A program made the position numbers and the translations under genes. From Kiritimatiellia bacterium (GTDB taxonomy: Bacteria; Verrucomicrobiota; Kiritimatiellia; RFP12; UBA1067): 64,000 bases of DNA. The stretch is taken from positions 7,610-71,609 of the forward strand of contig JAZQGX010000235.1 of the NCBI GenBank assembly GCA_045540275.1. The letters run 5' to 3'. Below, piece after piece: positions 1-9,201 of this stretch (position 1 is its first letter; each line of letters opens with the position of its first letter). The notes under the pieces were generated by a model, which did not search any database, was not told where the DNA came from, and worked only from the letters and a program-made list of their open reading frames with translations.

Positions 1-22
1 ACTGGAGCAGTCTCTTTCAGAG

Positions 23-289
23 ATGGAACAAAGAATTTTAGAATCTTCTGCAGAAACGCACGACGACATCGAATTTACCGACTTTGAAATCCTTGAGCCG
101 GAGACTGTTGAAAATCCGCCACCTGACCGTGCACAGGAAACATCGTCCGCTAGCAGTGCAAACGAACAGTCACCTCAGGGAGGAACAGGAAATTGGAACA
201 CGCTAGCGGCTCTTGAAGCGCAAGCTCGTCGCGAACTTGCCGCTATCAACGCAGAAGGCGGCTTGTCTTCATTATTCGGGAGAAAATAA
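23..289 (+). CDS. Small acidic hypothetical protein (may be 5'-truncated by the window edge)
   Basis: 88-aa ORF, acidic and low-complexity, ending 2 nt before the next ATG. Confidence 0.55.
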   Translation: MEQRILESSAETHDDIEFTDFEILEPETVENPPPDRAQETSSASSANEQSPQGGTGNWNTLAALEAQARRELAAINAEGGLSSLFGRK

Positions 290-291
290 TC

Positions 292-1899
292 ATGTTAGAC
301 AACAATTCTCAGTGGTTCTTGCGCACAGACCCGACATCAATTTTCGGGCCGACATCGATTGACACACTTATTCAATGGGCGCAGCAAGCTAGAATCCTTC
401 CCGGTCATGAAGTTTCTAAAGACCGTAACTCATGGATCCGTGCCGAATCGCTTCCTGAATTGGCAATGGATACCTACATCGACCTTGGCGATGACCGGCA
501 GAGCGGTCCCTTCAACCGGGTCGCCGCCGAGGCACTTCTTGCTTCCGGGAAAGTTCCGGCCGGAGCTAGAATTGTAAGATCAGACGATCCCATATCTGAA
601 AATGACGATGACGAAACCCAAGAAGAATCACCCGTCGATGAAACTGAAACATCATTCAAGGGCGATTTCGCCGACGAAGACAACGAACAATCAAATACGG
701 TTGAAAACACAGTTGGATCTGATACCGCAACGGTGCAGAATGCAGGCACGAGCGCATGTTTAGAATCTGAGACGGTCGAAAAACTAAACAGGCAATTGAT
801 TGAAGCCAACCGGGAAAAAGAAGTGCTTGAAGAACAGAACCGCCAATTGCGCGCAAGTCTGACTGTAGAAAGCGACAAATTGCGCGATATGCTCGCAAAG
901 TACGAATCAGCCGAATCAAGGGCTGACGACGCGATAAAGAATCTCAGCTCCCTCAATACCAAACTCATTGAAGCCGAAAATATACTTGGAACAACCCAGA
1001 CAAAACTTAATGATGCGAACCTGAAACTCGTCACTGCAGAGCAAAAGATGGAAGAGTATCTCGTTCGTATCGAAAGCATTGAGTCTGACTGCAGAAATCT
1101 CCGAAACGAGAATGAGCAATTGTCCAGTCGAAAGCTTGCTCTCGAAGGCGATATTGCAAAACTAAATCACCATATTGCCGACCTGGACGCACTAGCGGCT
1201 GAGCGCGAACAACAGCTTAACGATGCAAAATCGTCGATATCCGAAATAAACGCACAAGCAGCCCGCAAGGCTGATGAATTTGCCAAAACCGAAGCGGAGC
1301 TCCGTAAAAACTGCGCTCTTTCGCCGGAGGCCGTACGTAAATTTCATGAGGACCGACAGTTGCTTTATACCGCTGCCAAGGATTCCGCCGAAAAGATCGC
1401 GCAATCGCTCGAAGAGGAATTCACGCTGTTAGAACAATTAAAACAACTATCTGCCCAACGGCAGCATCTGATGCTTGAAAACCGCCGCACCCTGTTGCGC
1501 ATTCATGACAATGCGCCTTCGGATGTCATTAAATTGAGCATTTCCGGCAGAGAAAGCGAGGCGCAGATATTGCACTTGCGCGCCCAGCTTGACAATATCA
1601 CCCACACCGCCCAAAGAGAGAAAGCATTTGCCGAGACAAGAGAAAACGAACTTCTGCGGAAAATCAGAATGCTTGAAAATGAATTGGCGCATACCAGCGA
1701 AAATCTTATCAAGCGGGAAGCGGTTGCGGCACGTGCCGAGATTGCTGAGAATTCCCTTGCGGAACGAGACAAAGAGCTCCAATTGGAACGACGAAACCGT
1801 GTAGAGGAACAGCAGAATTTCGAAGTCAGCAAATCATCATTTCTGGCAAGAATCGAAATGCTTGAAAAACGGCTTGCCGCACTCGGCGAGACAGAATAA
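292..1899 (+). CDS. GYF_2 (DUF4339)-like domain protein with long coiled coil
   Basis: N-terminal W-x-GP-x-L-x-W...W motif (WFLRTDPTSIFGPTSIDTLIQW...SWIRAESLPEL) and a second GP repeat (RQSGPFN); acidic linker; about 370 aa of heptad-rich E/K/L/Q coiled coil. Confidence 0.7.
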   Translation: MLDNNSQWFLRTDPTSIFGPTSIDTLIQWAQQARILPGHEVSKDRNSWIRAESLPELAMDTYIDLGDDRQSGPFNRVAAEALLASGKVPAGARIVRSDDPISENDDDETQEESPVDETETSFKGDFADEDNEQSNTVENTVGSDTATVQNAGTSACLESETVEKLNRQLIEANREKEVLEEQNRQLRASLTVESDKLRDMLAKYESAESRADDAIKNLSSLNTKLIEAENILGTTQTKLNDANLKLVTAEQKMEEYLVRIESIESDCRNLRNENEQLSSRKLALEGDIAKLNHHIADLDALAAEREQQLNDAKSSISEINAQAARKADEFAKTEAELRKNCALSPEAVRKFHEDRQLLYTAAKDSAEKIAQSLEEEFTLLEQLKQLSAQRQHLMLENRRTLLRIHDNAPSDVIKLSISGRESEAQILHLRAQLDNITHTAQREKAFAETRENELLRKIRMLENELAHTSENLIKREAVAARAEIAENSLAERDKELQLERRNRVEEQQNFEVSKSSFLARIEMLEKRLAALGETE

Positions 1900-1933
1900 A
1901 AAAAGACGGGGTTTTCACCCCGTCCTTTTTTTT
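1898..1933. terminator. Bidirectional intrinsic terminator
   Basis: A7-GACGGGGT-tttc-ACCCCGTC-c-T8 between convergent genes. Confidence 0.9.
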
Positions 1934-3933
1934 CAGAACCGATATAGATTTGTAGCGTGACCGAATACTGTTGTTTTCAATATTCCGTCTTTCGGTTCAG
2001 GCAAATCAATCTGACGCCAGACATCACGCACTTTGCGATCTGTAGGCAACTTGAACTTGGCAAGGTCGCATTCAACCGTCTGGTCCACCGACGAGGGATT
2101 GAACAGCGCCAACGCCCAGCCATTATCAGACAGCGGGCGTATCCAAACCTCGATGGTGCCGACTGTCCCAACCAGCTCGGCCCCGCGACCGAGCGGATCT
2201 TGATCAATCGCAATCACCTCATCATTGGTCAGCAATGCATAGGTAAAATCGTCCAACCGCGACATGTCGCAACCAATCATCAACGGTGAAGCAACCATTG
2301 CCCAAAGCGAGATGTGCGAATATTGTTCGTTCGGAGTAAGCTTGGTCTGTTTAAGCGTCGGACGAACCACCAACATGTCCGGATCGTTCCATCCGCCAGG
2401 ACGTGTATAGCGCCCGATATAAGCCTGACGTCCAATTGCGGGAGCGACAACATTCCAATTATCCCAGACATCCCCGGTAGTGCGCCATGAACTGCCTCCT
2501 ACTTCGGCGCCCCATTTCCAGACATCATGCATTCCATATTGGCAAATTGAAAATACAATATCGCGACCGACATTTTTCAGGATGGTTCCCATCAAGCGAT
2601 AAGGATAAATCATTTTTTCGGAGTATTTTCCTTTGAACTTCACCCCTCCGTAGCTGCACCAATCGTATTTGACAAAATCGAATCCCCACTTAGCCCAAGT
2701 CTTGGCGTCAAGCTCTTCATATTTGTATGAACCGGTACAACCACCGCAAGTGTGCGGACCTGGTGAAGAATACAGACCGATCTTTAAGCCCAAACTATGA
2801 ACATAATCGGCAAGATTCTTCATGTCTGGGAATTTAGCATTCGGCAATATCGTGCCGTCCTCCGCGCGTTCTGGGCCGTTGAGCTCAGGGCGGCCTTTGC
2901 CGCGTTTGCCATTGTTGCGCTGCCAGAAATCGTCGATATTGACAAACTGATACCCGTGATCGGCCAAACCGCGAGCTATCATCGCTTCAGCTTGTTTGCG
3001 GACAAGTTTATCAGACACACTGTCATGGACCTGATTCCAGCTGTTCCACCCCATTGGAGGAGTCAGCGCCAGCGTATCACCCACCACCAGGGTAAACACC
3101 TTATCGGCATGACCATGCGCGTTTTTGGCGCGAACCACAAGAGGATAATTTCCCTTCTTTGATATAGTTCCGCGCAATGTCTGTTTGGCCGCATTGAACC
3201 GTAATGCTTTCCCGGGCAGCGCATCGAGACCTTCGATGGTAATTTCCATCGGACGGGCGCCAGTTACTGGGACACGGAAAATCATTTCATTCCCGGGGCG
3301 AACGCCGTAAACGGCAGGAGTATTGATGCGGGGCTGCTTGCTTTCGGGTGGAGTAAGAATGCCCAACTGGGTTGTGTACTTTCTTAGATCGCCTGGCTTG
3401 AAACCTTTTTTGAAGCGAAATGCAGCATTGCACCAGTCGGCATGATCGCAATTGATCCCATCACCGCCATCGGTAACGACAAGTTCAACAACCTTGACAT
3501 CAGTCAAATCGGCGTAAATTGGTTTGGCGCCATCTTTTTTTCGCATGATGCCGGTCCGGGCAAGCACCTTACCGTCGCCATAAATAATAAATTCGGCGCT
3601 ACCCTGCCCTCCGACTTCATGATCGATGCCAACCATCGCCGAAAATGAAAGCGCGTTTCCTTCAAGTGCTACTTCATAGCGACTTGGCGCATGGGTTCCG
3701 ACACCGCAAGTATATGTCTTTCCTCCAATGATAAGAGGCTTTCTTTCGTTAGCGAAACCCTTCTGCGCACTTCCGCTGCCGCAGGTCATGCTGGACAAAT
3801 CCATCTTCATCAATGGAATAACTTCGACATCAGCGGCATCAAGCTGCTTCGTCTTCGGACAATCGGCGCAAGGCTCTGCCGCCCAAATGGCAAATGGAAG
3901 CAACGCCAAACTTAAAACAATCAAACGTTTCAT
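1933..3933 (-). CDS. Secreted GH27 alpha-galactosidase with NPCBM/NEW2 and Ig-like domains
   Basis: Signal peptide; NPCBM motifs GVGTHA...GDGINCDHADW; GH27 motifs TPPMGWNSW, NIDDFW, DFVKYDWC, WRTTGD, WNDPDML; start 3933 gives ATGA overlap with the upstream stop. Confidence 0.92.
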   Translation of the reverse strand: MKRLIVLSLALLPFAIWAAEPCADCPKTKQLDAADVEVIPLMKMDLSSMTCGSGSAQKGFANERKPLIIGGKTYTCGVGTHAPSRYEVALEGNALSFSAMVGIDHEVGGQGSAEFIIYGDGKVLARTGIMRKKDGAKPIYADLTDVKVVELVVTDGGDGINCDHADWCNAAFRFKKGFKPGDLRKYTTQLGILTPPESKQPRINTPAVYGVRPGNEMIFRVPVTGARPMEITIEGLDALPGKALRFNAAKQTLRGTISKKGNYPLVVRAKNAHGHADKVFTLVVGDTLALTPPMGWNSWNQVHDSVSDKLVRKQAEAMIARGLADHGYQFVNIDDFWQRNNGKRGKGRPELNGPERAEDGTILPNAKFPDMKNLADYVHSLGLKIGLYSSPGPHTCGGCTGSYKYEELDAKTWAKWGFDFVKYDWCSYGGVKFKGKYSEKMIYPYRLMGTILKNVGRDIVFSICQYGMHDVWKWGAEVGGSSWRTTGDVWDNWNVVAPAIGRQAYIGRYTRPGGWNDPDMLVVRPTLKQTKLTPNEQYSHISLWAMVASPLMIGCDMSRLDDFTYALLTNDEVIAIDQDPLGRGAELVGTVGTIEVWIRPLSDNGWALALFNPSSVDQTVECDLAKFKLPTDRKVRDVWRQIDLPEPKDGILKTTVFGHATNLYRF

Positions 3934-5213
3934 GCTTTGCAAATCCTTTCAAAAAGCATTTTCCCGTCACTGGTATACTGCTGAACGACAAGTTTCTCTT
4001 TGTTGTACGAACAATGCGTAAGGGTGGCATCCGCAAACGGATGTTTAATCCGTTTTTCAGGTGTTAATATATTGCATCCGCCACCGACCACAACGGGATA
4101 TGGACAGAATTTATTAGGATCGGAATTTGCGCAACTGTGCAGATGCGCGGCCAGCACAAGAGAAACATTCGATTTCTTCAATGTATTGCAAAGACGCTTG
4201 TGACGGCGCGTTCCACCGTTCCACATTCCACCATCAAGCTTTTTGCACCCCGATGGCGGGATGTGCATAACCGCGATACGGAACGCGGCGTTGCGCCAGG
4301 CTTCGGAGGCGAACTCGTCTTCAAGCCATTCGATTTGACTGTCAAGATAATGGTCAAAATCGACAATCCCGGAATACTCGCGATGATCGTCTTCTTTATC
4401 TTCGCCGGTATCAATAAAAGCGATGCGGCCTGCACCGAGAGTCACCGCTCCGTAGAACAAGCCTCCAGGCAATGCCAAATGCTTGCGCAGATGACGGGCG
4501 TAACCGCCACGGGTCTCGTGATTTCCGCGCAAATACCACATTGCCGCACCGGTCTTGTCGCTCACGTACGCCAGCGGAGCGAGCAAATTGTGCACTACGC
4601 AAGCTTCACTGTCGGTGGAGTTCATAATATCTCCAGCGAACACCGTGAAATTAACAGGTTTTTTGACATTGTCAAGCAAAGTCGAATAAATCGCATGATT
4701 GCAATGCACATCATTGAACATTGCAAACGAAACGGTTCCGTCTGCCGGCACCAGCGGTGCCAATTTGCTCTCAATCTTCTCAACATCACCTTTGAAAAAA
4801 GTTTTGTAGGCAAATACATGGGGAGTCTCTTGAGAACAAGCGCGATAAACCACCGGCATAGAAGGTTTGAACCCTCTCAAGGTGGCGACATGAACCCTGC
4901 TTCCCGCATCCCGCAGACCGTCCTTCTCGTCCCAAGCGGTTTTCCAGCTGGCGCCATTGTCCTGGCTCCATTCAACGAAACCGGTTGCCGGGCGCTTGGT
5001 CATCCACACCACCGCCGCCGATTTTTCATCAAGCAGCTGCAAATGGGGCTTGACCATAAATAGCCCTGCTGCCGGCATCGTAGCCGCCTCGACTGCTGTA
5101 GGCGGCTTCACCTCTTTTTTAGCAGCATTTTTAGCTGATTTTTTTTGCGCGGGAGCGGCAACGGCAGCACCGGCAGCCGCAATGCTTCCCAGAAGAAAGC
5201 TTCTCCTTTTCAT
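3930..5213 (-). CDS. Tat-exported purple-acid-phosphatase-like metallophosphoesterase
   Basis: Twin-arginine signal MKRRSFLLG; motifs NDVH, GD, RGNHE, HLH; GAGGAG RBS before 5213. Confidence 0.85.
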   Translation of the reverse strand: MKRRSFLLGSIAAAGAAVAAPAQKKSAKNAAKKEVKPPTAVEAATMPAAGLFMVKPHLQLLDEKSAAVVWMTKRPATGFVEWSQDNGASWKTAWDEKDGLRDAGSRVHVATLRGFKPSMPVVYRACSQETPHVFAYKTFFKGDVEKIESKLAPLVPADGTVSFAMFNDVHCNHAIYSTLLDNVKKPVNFTVFAGDIMNSTDSEACVVHNLLAPLAYVSDKTGAAMWYLRGNHETRGGYARHLRKHLALPGGLFYGAVTLGAGRIAFIDTGEDKEDDHREYSGIVDFDHYLDSQIEWLEDEFASEAWRNAAFRIAVMHIPPSGCKKLDGGMWNGGTRRHKRLCNTLKKSNVSLVLAAHLHSCANSDPNKFCPYPVVVGGGCNILTPEKRIKHPFADATLTHCSYNKEKLVVQQYTSDGKMLFERICKA

Positions 5214-5214
5214 C

Positions 5215-7824
5215 TTATTTACTCCTCTTGAATGTTTGCTGCTTGAAACCAAACCTGCTGGACATGCTCTTCATGCCATTTTCACTTGCCTCAAAAACCG
5301 TTGCGCCACTGCTTTGCGCTTCAATTTCTTTCTGATTGTCATCGTTGATTTTATCCAAACGGTCGGGATAGAGATAAGTCAAATCATTTTTCGGTCTGCC
5401 GTGGTAGCGGCAAAGCGGTTCACCTTTGCTAATCCAAGTATTCCCGTCCATTTTCAATGAACCTGACCAGTCGTTGAAAAGACGCATAATGCAGTTTTCA
5501 GAACAATCAAAAACATTATCTCTTACCACGAAGTTTACAGTCGGTGTAGTCGTATCGTAGAGCATCAAATGTGCGGCATTAGGATTCCACCTCGCCTTGT
5601 GTCCCCATCCCTTGCCCGCATTGCGGAAGGTGTTCTTTTCGACGATCACATTTTCGGTGAACGCATCTTTACCCTGCTGCCAAAACTCAAAAGAGTATTC
5701 GCAGTTCCAAACCTGGTTTCCGCGCCATTCGATATTGCGCTGGACTGATCCCATCTCGCTCGATTGGCTGGTCAACGCAGCGTCCCAGCACTCCCAAATG
5801 CGATTATTTTCAACCTTGATGTCCTCTGCGGCCCCCCAGAATTCAATTCCATTGCCGAAGCGGACGCCGTCCCCCTTGTCGTTGATATAGTGGAACCCGC
5901 CGCCAATCCAGAAAATATCGCAATTGCGAATAGCGTAACGCTTTGCCTTCGTTCCGCCAAATCCGTGTGCCGCGCTGTATCGAACCGCAAGTCCATCGAC
6001 GATTACGTCGTGAATGCGGTCATGACACACACCGTGGATTTTTTCGGCAGCTTCCAGCGACTTCCAGCGGCTTGAGGGCTTTTTATCCGATTTAATCCAA
6101 AGCTGCTGTTTTGCCAAATTCCACCAGAAATCTCCTTCCGCCTTGAGTTCGGACTTGCGATTGCACTTGCGTCCGCATCCGTCCTCGCCGTGGTTGAAAA
6201 CCAAATTGCCGATGTCGTACTCGGCATCATCCAGACGGTAGCTCCACAATCCATCGGACTCTTTTTTCCAAATCCAAGGCATGGCACTCAAATCGTAACT
6301 CGGCTGAATGTAGGGTTTTTCATCACCCTCGCCATAGGCGGTATAGACGATGGGCTTGTCAGATGTACCGCTCACGAGCGCCAACTGTCCGCGGTAAACT
6401 CCGCCGCGGCGGAAAAGGAGGCGGGAGCCAGGATCAAGCACGGCGCGATTTGCGCGCTCAAGCGTCTTCCAAGCCTTTTCGGGAGAACGTCCGTCATTGA
6501 AATCGTTTCCATTCTTGGAATCCACATAGAAATCACCCCTCACCGAAGCAATGCGCTCTTCGAATATCCAACTTGGAGCATGGGGACCGAGCTTGGAACC
6601 GTGAATCATATTCTGCTGCACCACAAGACGTTTGGGCCCTTTCAAATTATTAAAGAGCAGAACTTCGCCGGAAGGCGGACAAACATAGTCCCCAAGACCT
6701 ATTAGAATACGCGCAGGACAGGTCACGCGCGTAGCCAAATGGGAAAGAGCCATATAATCAAGCGCTTTCGACCAACCCGGCTGCCAACCGCCCAGCCGCT
6801 TGAATTTTGAATATCCTGCAAAATCAGAACTCCACGGAATAGTCACATCGGTAAGAGAGACCTGTTTGTCGAGAGCAGCCAGACCGATAGCCTGGTATCC
6901 GCCCATTGAACCTCCGGTTGTAACCATATCCTTTCCGTTCCAATACGGGTGAGACTTAGCCCACCGCATCGCCATCAAACCTCGCATCAGCATTTTGCAA
7001 TAATCGGTATTCTCCGGCTTTCCGCGGGTATTGCGGAAACAGAAATTCTTGCACAAATTCGTCTGAAGATTGGAGTAGTATGCGTCCTTTTCACGCGGTT
7101 CTTCACCCTGTCGCGTGATGGCCACCTCAATGCGGCCGCCATTTCGCTTTACGGCGGGCAAATGGATGCCGGTCCGGCCGAATCCGTAACCAGTTACGCA
7201 AATTTTCAGCGGCAGCGACTTGAGCGGCATATTTGTAGGCCATGCGGCGACACCTGTTGCATTGTGTTTTCCGTCAGGCATCGGAATGCTGAACTTTACA
7301 TAAGCAACATGCTTCTCGTTTGATGGCAGCTCCTCGACCTTCGCATTGCAAGGAGCCTTGTTGACCTCATCGACCCGTGCGTCCCAAAATGCGTTAAAGT
7401 CTTCTGGAATAGGCCAGGCTTCAATTTTGTTGACCTCGGCACCAGCACTGCCGTCCCATGAAACGGAACGCTTCCCATTACCGATGCTCTCCCATTTTTT
7501 AGGATCCTTGGAGCTTCTTACCCGGACAACCAAATGCACGAAGCCGGGTTTTTCAATTTTAGTGACGACTTTCAACGGCTGTGTGCTGTCGGCCTCGCCG
7601 CTTTCTTTAATTCCGTCGTCACCGGTACGCTCCCAAACCAAGGTCCTGCCGGGAACCGCCGCACAACCGGCATCGCGATCAACCAGCCGAAGGGTGAAAA
7701 TGATGGGCTGTCCGCAAGCATATAACATCGGATTGGAATCAGTTCCCCCGACAAAAGCAAGATCCTCGGCTACTGCAAATAAAGGCAACATCAAAGCTGC
7801 CAAGCAAAATTTTATAGTTTTCAT
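5215..7824 (-). CDS. Secreted fusion of CE7-like acetyl xylan esterase and right-handed beta-helix domain
   Basis: Signal peptide; GGSMGG nucleophile elbow, GLGDYVCPP, terminal H; then FYVDSKNGNDFNDGRSPEKAWKTL beta-helix start and GNGIEFW repeats. Confidence 0.8.
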   Translation of the reverse strand: MKTIKFCLAALMLPLFAVAEDLAFVGGTDSNPMLYACGQPIIFTLRLVDRDAGCAAVPGRTLVWERTGDDGIKESGEADSTQPLKVVTKIEKPGFVHLVVRVRSSKDPKKWESIGNGKRSVSWDGSAGAEVNKIEAWPIPEDFNAFWDARVDEVNKAPCNAKVEELPSNEKHVAYVKFSIPMPDGKHNATGVAAWPTNMPLKSLPLKICVTGYGFGRTGIHLPAVKRNGGRIEVAITRQGEEPREKDAYYSNLQTNLCKNFCFRNTRGKPENTDYCKMLMRGLMAMRWAKSHPYWNGKDMVTTGGSMGGYQAIGLAALDKQVSLTDVTIPWSSDFAGYSKFKRLGGWQPGWSKALDYMALSHLATRVTCPARILIGLGDYVCPPSGEVLLFNNLKGPKRLVVQQNMIHGSKLGPHAPSWIFEERIASVRGDFYVDSKNGNDFNDGRSPEKAWKTLERANRAVLDPGSRLLFRRGGVYRGQLALVSGTSDKPIVYTAYGEGDEKPYIQPSYDLSAMPWIWKKESDGLWSYRLDDAEYDIGNLVFNHGEDGCGRKCNRKSELKAEGDFWWNLAKQQLWIKSDKKPSSRWKSLEAAEKIHGVCHDRIHDVIVDGLAVRYSAAHGFGGTKAKRYAIRNCDIFWIGGGFHYINDKGDGVRFGNGIEFWGAAEDIKVENNRIWECWDAALTSQSSEMGSVQRNIEWRGNQVWNCEYSFEFWQQGKDAFTENVIVEKNTFRNAGKGWGHKARWNPNAAHLMLYDTTTPTVNFVVRDNVFDCSENCIMRLFNDWSGSLKMDGNTWISKGEPLCRYHGRPKNDLTYLYPDRLDKINDDNQKEIEAQSSGATVFEASENGMKSMSSRFGFKQQTFKRSK

Positions 7825-7830
7825 GAAATG

Positions 7831-7859
7831 ATTTTACCAAATAGCTTTTCTTTTTGCAA
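7831..7859 (-). promoter_or_regulatory. Sigma70-type promoter (TTGCAA-17-TAAAAT, extended -10 TGn)
   Basis: Reverse complement of 7854-7859 is TTGCAA and of 7831-7836 is TAAAAT; 17-nt spacer; ATG only 6 nt downstream. Confidence 0.65.
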
Positions 7860-7987
7860 AAATGATATGTCAACTTTCTTCAATTTCTTGCAATCTGGCC
7901 CCCTTCCCACGCACATACCATGCGGCATGCGGGGATGTTCGCGCTCTGTATCAGTCTAATCTTCTACCTCAGGCTCTCGCGCCTTCC

Positions 7988-9199
7988 CTACCCGATTTGT
8001 ACCAGCTTTATTTTGCCGATATCATCGGCCTTGCAATCTGGAACATCACACGCCAGATAATCCGCGCTCCACCCATGCCCAGTGCCATTCTCATCAACAC
8101 GTTCAATAAGCACCTCGACCTGAGTACCGAGATGCCTTCGCGCAAAACAATCTTTTTTCTCGTCGCGCAGTGCAATTAAACGGGAAACCCGCTCCTTCTT
8201 TTCGCGGTCAGGCACCTGATCTGAAAATTCGGCGGCCGGGGTTCCCGGACGCTTGCTGTAGGGGAAAATGTGCAAATTCGAAAACGGATAATCGTTGATA
8301 AGCGAAAATGTATTTTCAAACTGTTCCCGGCTTTCTCCGGGGAAACCCACAATCACATCAGCACCCAACCCGAACAGAGGAAGTCTTTCGCACACATTAT
8401 CAAGCATCTTGCGCAAATACGCCACATCGTAATGACGCCCCATGCGGCGAAGGATTTCATCATCGCCACTCTGCAGCGGCAAATGCAGAAACGGACAGAG
8501 CTTATCGCAATTAGACATCAACTCGCCAATCTCTCGCTCGAAAGAACCGGGCTCGAGCGAACTCAAGCGTACACGGAAATCTCCGGGCAGTGCGGTCAAT
8601 GCATCAAGCAGATCGGGAAGTCGCCGTTTTCTGTCTTCATATAATGCAAGATTGCACCCGACCACCACAATCTCGTGATACCCTGCCTCGACCAGCCACG
8701 ACGCCTCTTGCAAACAATCCTCAAATTTGCGGCTGCGGGGCAGACCTCTGGCAATCGGAACAAAACAATACGAGCAGAAATTCGAACACCCATCTTGGAC
8801 CTTGAGAAGCGCACGGTGCAGCTCTGTGCCCGGCGAAGCAACTCCGCATTTGCCGGATGCAGGGAATCTCTTGAGTATCTCGCCGGTCACATCAGCGTCA
8901 TCACCTGGCTTGAATATCAAATCAACGCCGACGGCATGAAGCCTTTGAGAATCAGCGGCTTTTGCCGCACATCCGGAGAACACCAGAAAAGTGTCGGGAT
9001 GTCTGCGCTTGACGGTGACGGCCAGGCGCAAGCACTCCGCCTCGGCAGCATGCGTAACCGCACATGAGTGCAAAACCGTAACGTCAGTCGCCTCCCCGAA
9101 CGGCAAAACATCAAAACCGCCGGTCAGAAGACTTTTCATTCGTCGATCGGTTTCTGCACGGTTCAAGCGGCAGCCGAAAGTCTTGAAGCTTACGGTCAT
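7988..9199 (-). CDS. mtaB: tRNA methylthiotransferase, MiaB/MtaB family (radical SAM)
   Basis: TFGCRLN, HSCAVT, SGC; KVQDGCSNFCSYC CxxxCxxC motif; HIFPYSKRPGT; C-terminal TRAM. Confidence 0.88.
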   Translation of the reverse strand: MTVSFKTFGCRLNRAETDRRMKSLLTGGFDVLPFGEATDVTVLHSCAVTHAAEAECLRLAVTVKRRHPDTFLVFSGCAAKAADSQRLHAVGVDLIFKPGDDADVTGEILKRFPASGKCGVASPGTELHRALLKVQDGCSNFCSYCFVPIARGLPRSRKFEDCLQEASWLVEAGYHEIVVVGCNLALYEDRKRRLPDLLDALTALPGDFRVRLSSLEPGSFEREIGELMSNCDKLCPFLHLPLQSGDDEILRRMGRHYDVAYLRKMLDNVCERLPLFGLGADVIVGFPGESREQFENTFSLINDYPFSNLHIFPYSKRPGTPAAEFSDQVPDREKKERVSRLIALRDEKKDCFARRHLGTQVEVLIERVDENGTGHGWSADYLACDVPDCKADDIGKIKLVQIG

Positions 9200-9201
9200 T
9201 G

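Noticed and set aside
4137-5063. Long antisense ORFs (also 14671-15456, 18054-18611, 41574-42281, 49534-50352, 57393-58112)
   Set aside because: Shadows of well-supported genes on the opposite strand, with no motifs
7862-7987. GC-rich partly self-complementary stretch after mtaB as a possible ncRNA
   Set aside because: Only short CATGCGG repeats; no recognisable family or convincing stem
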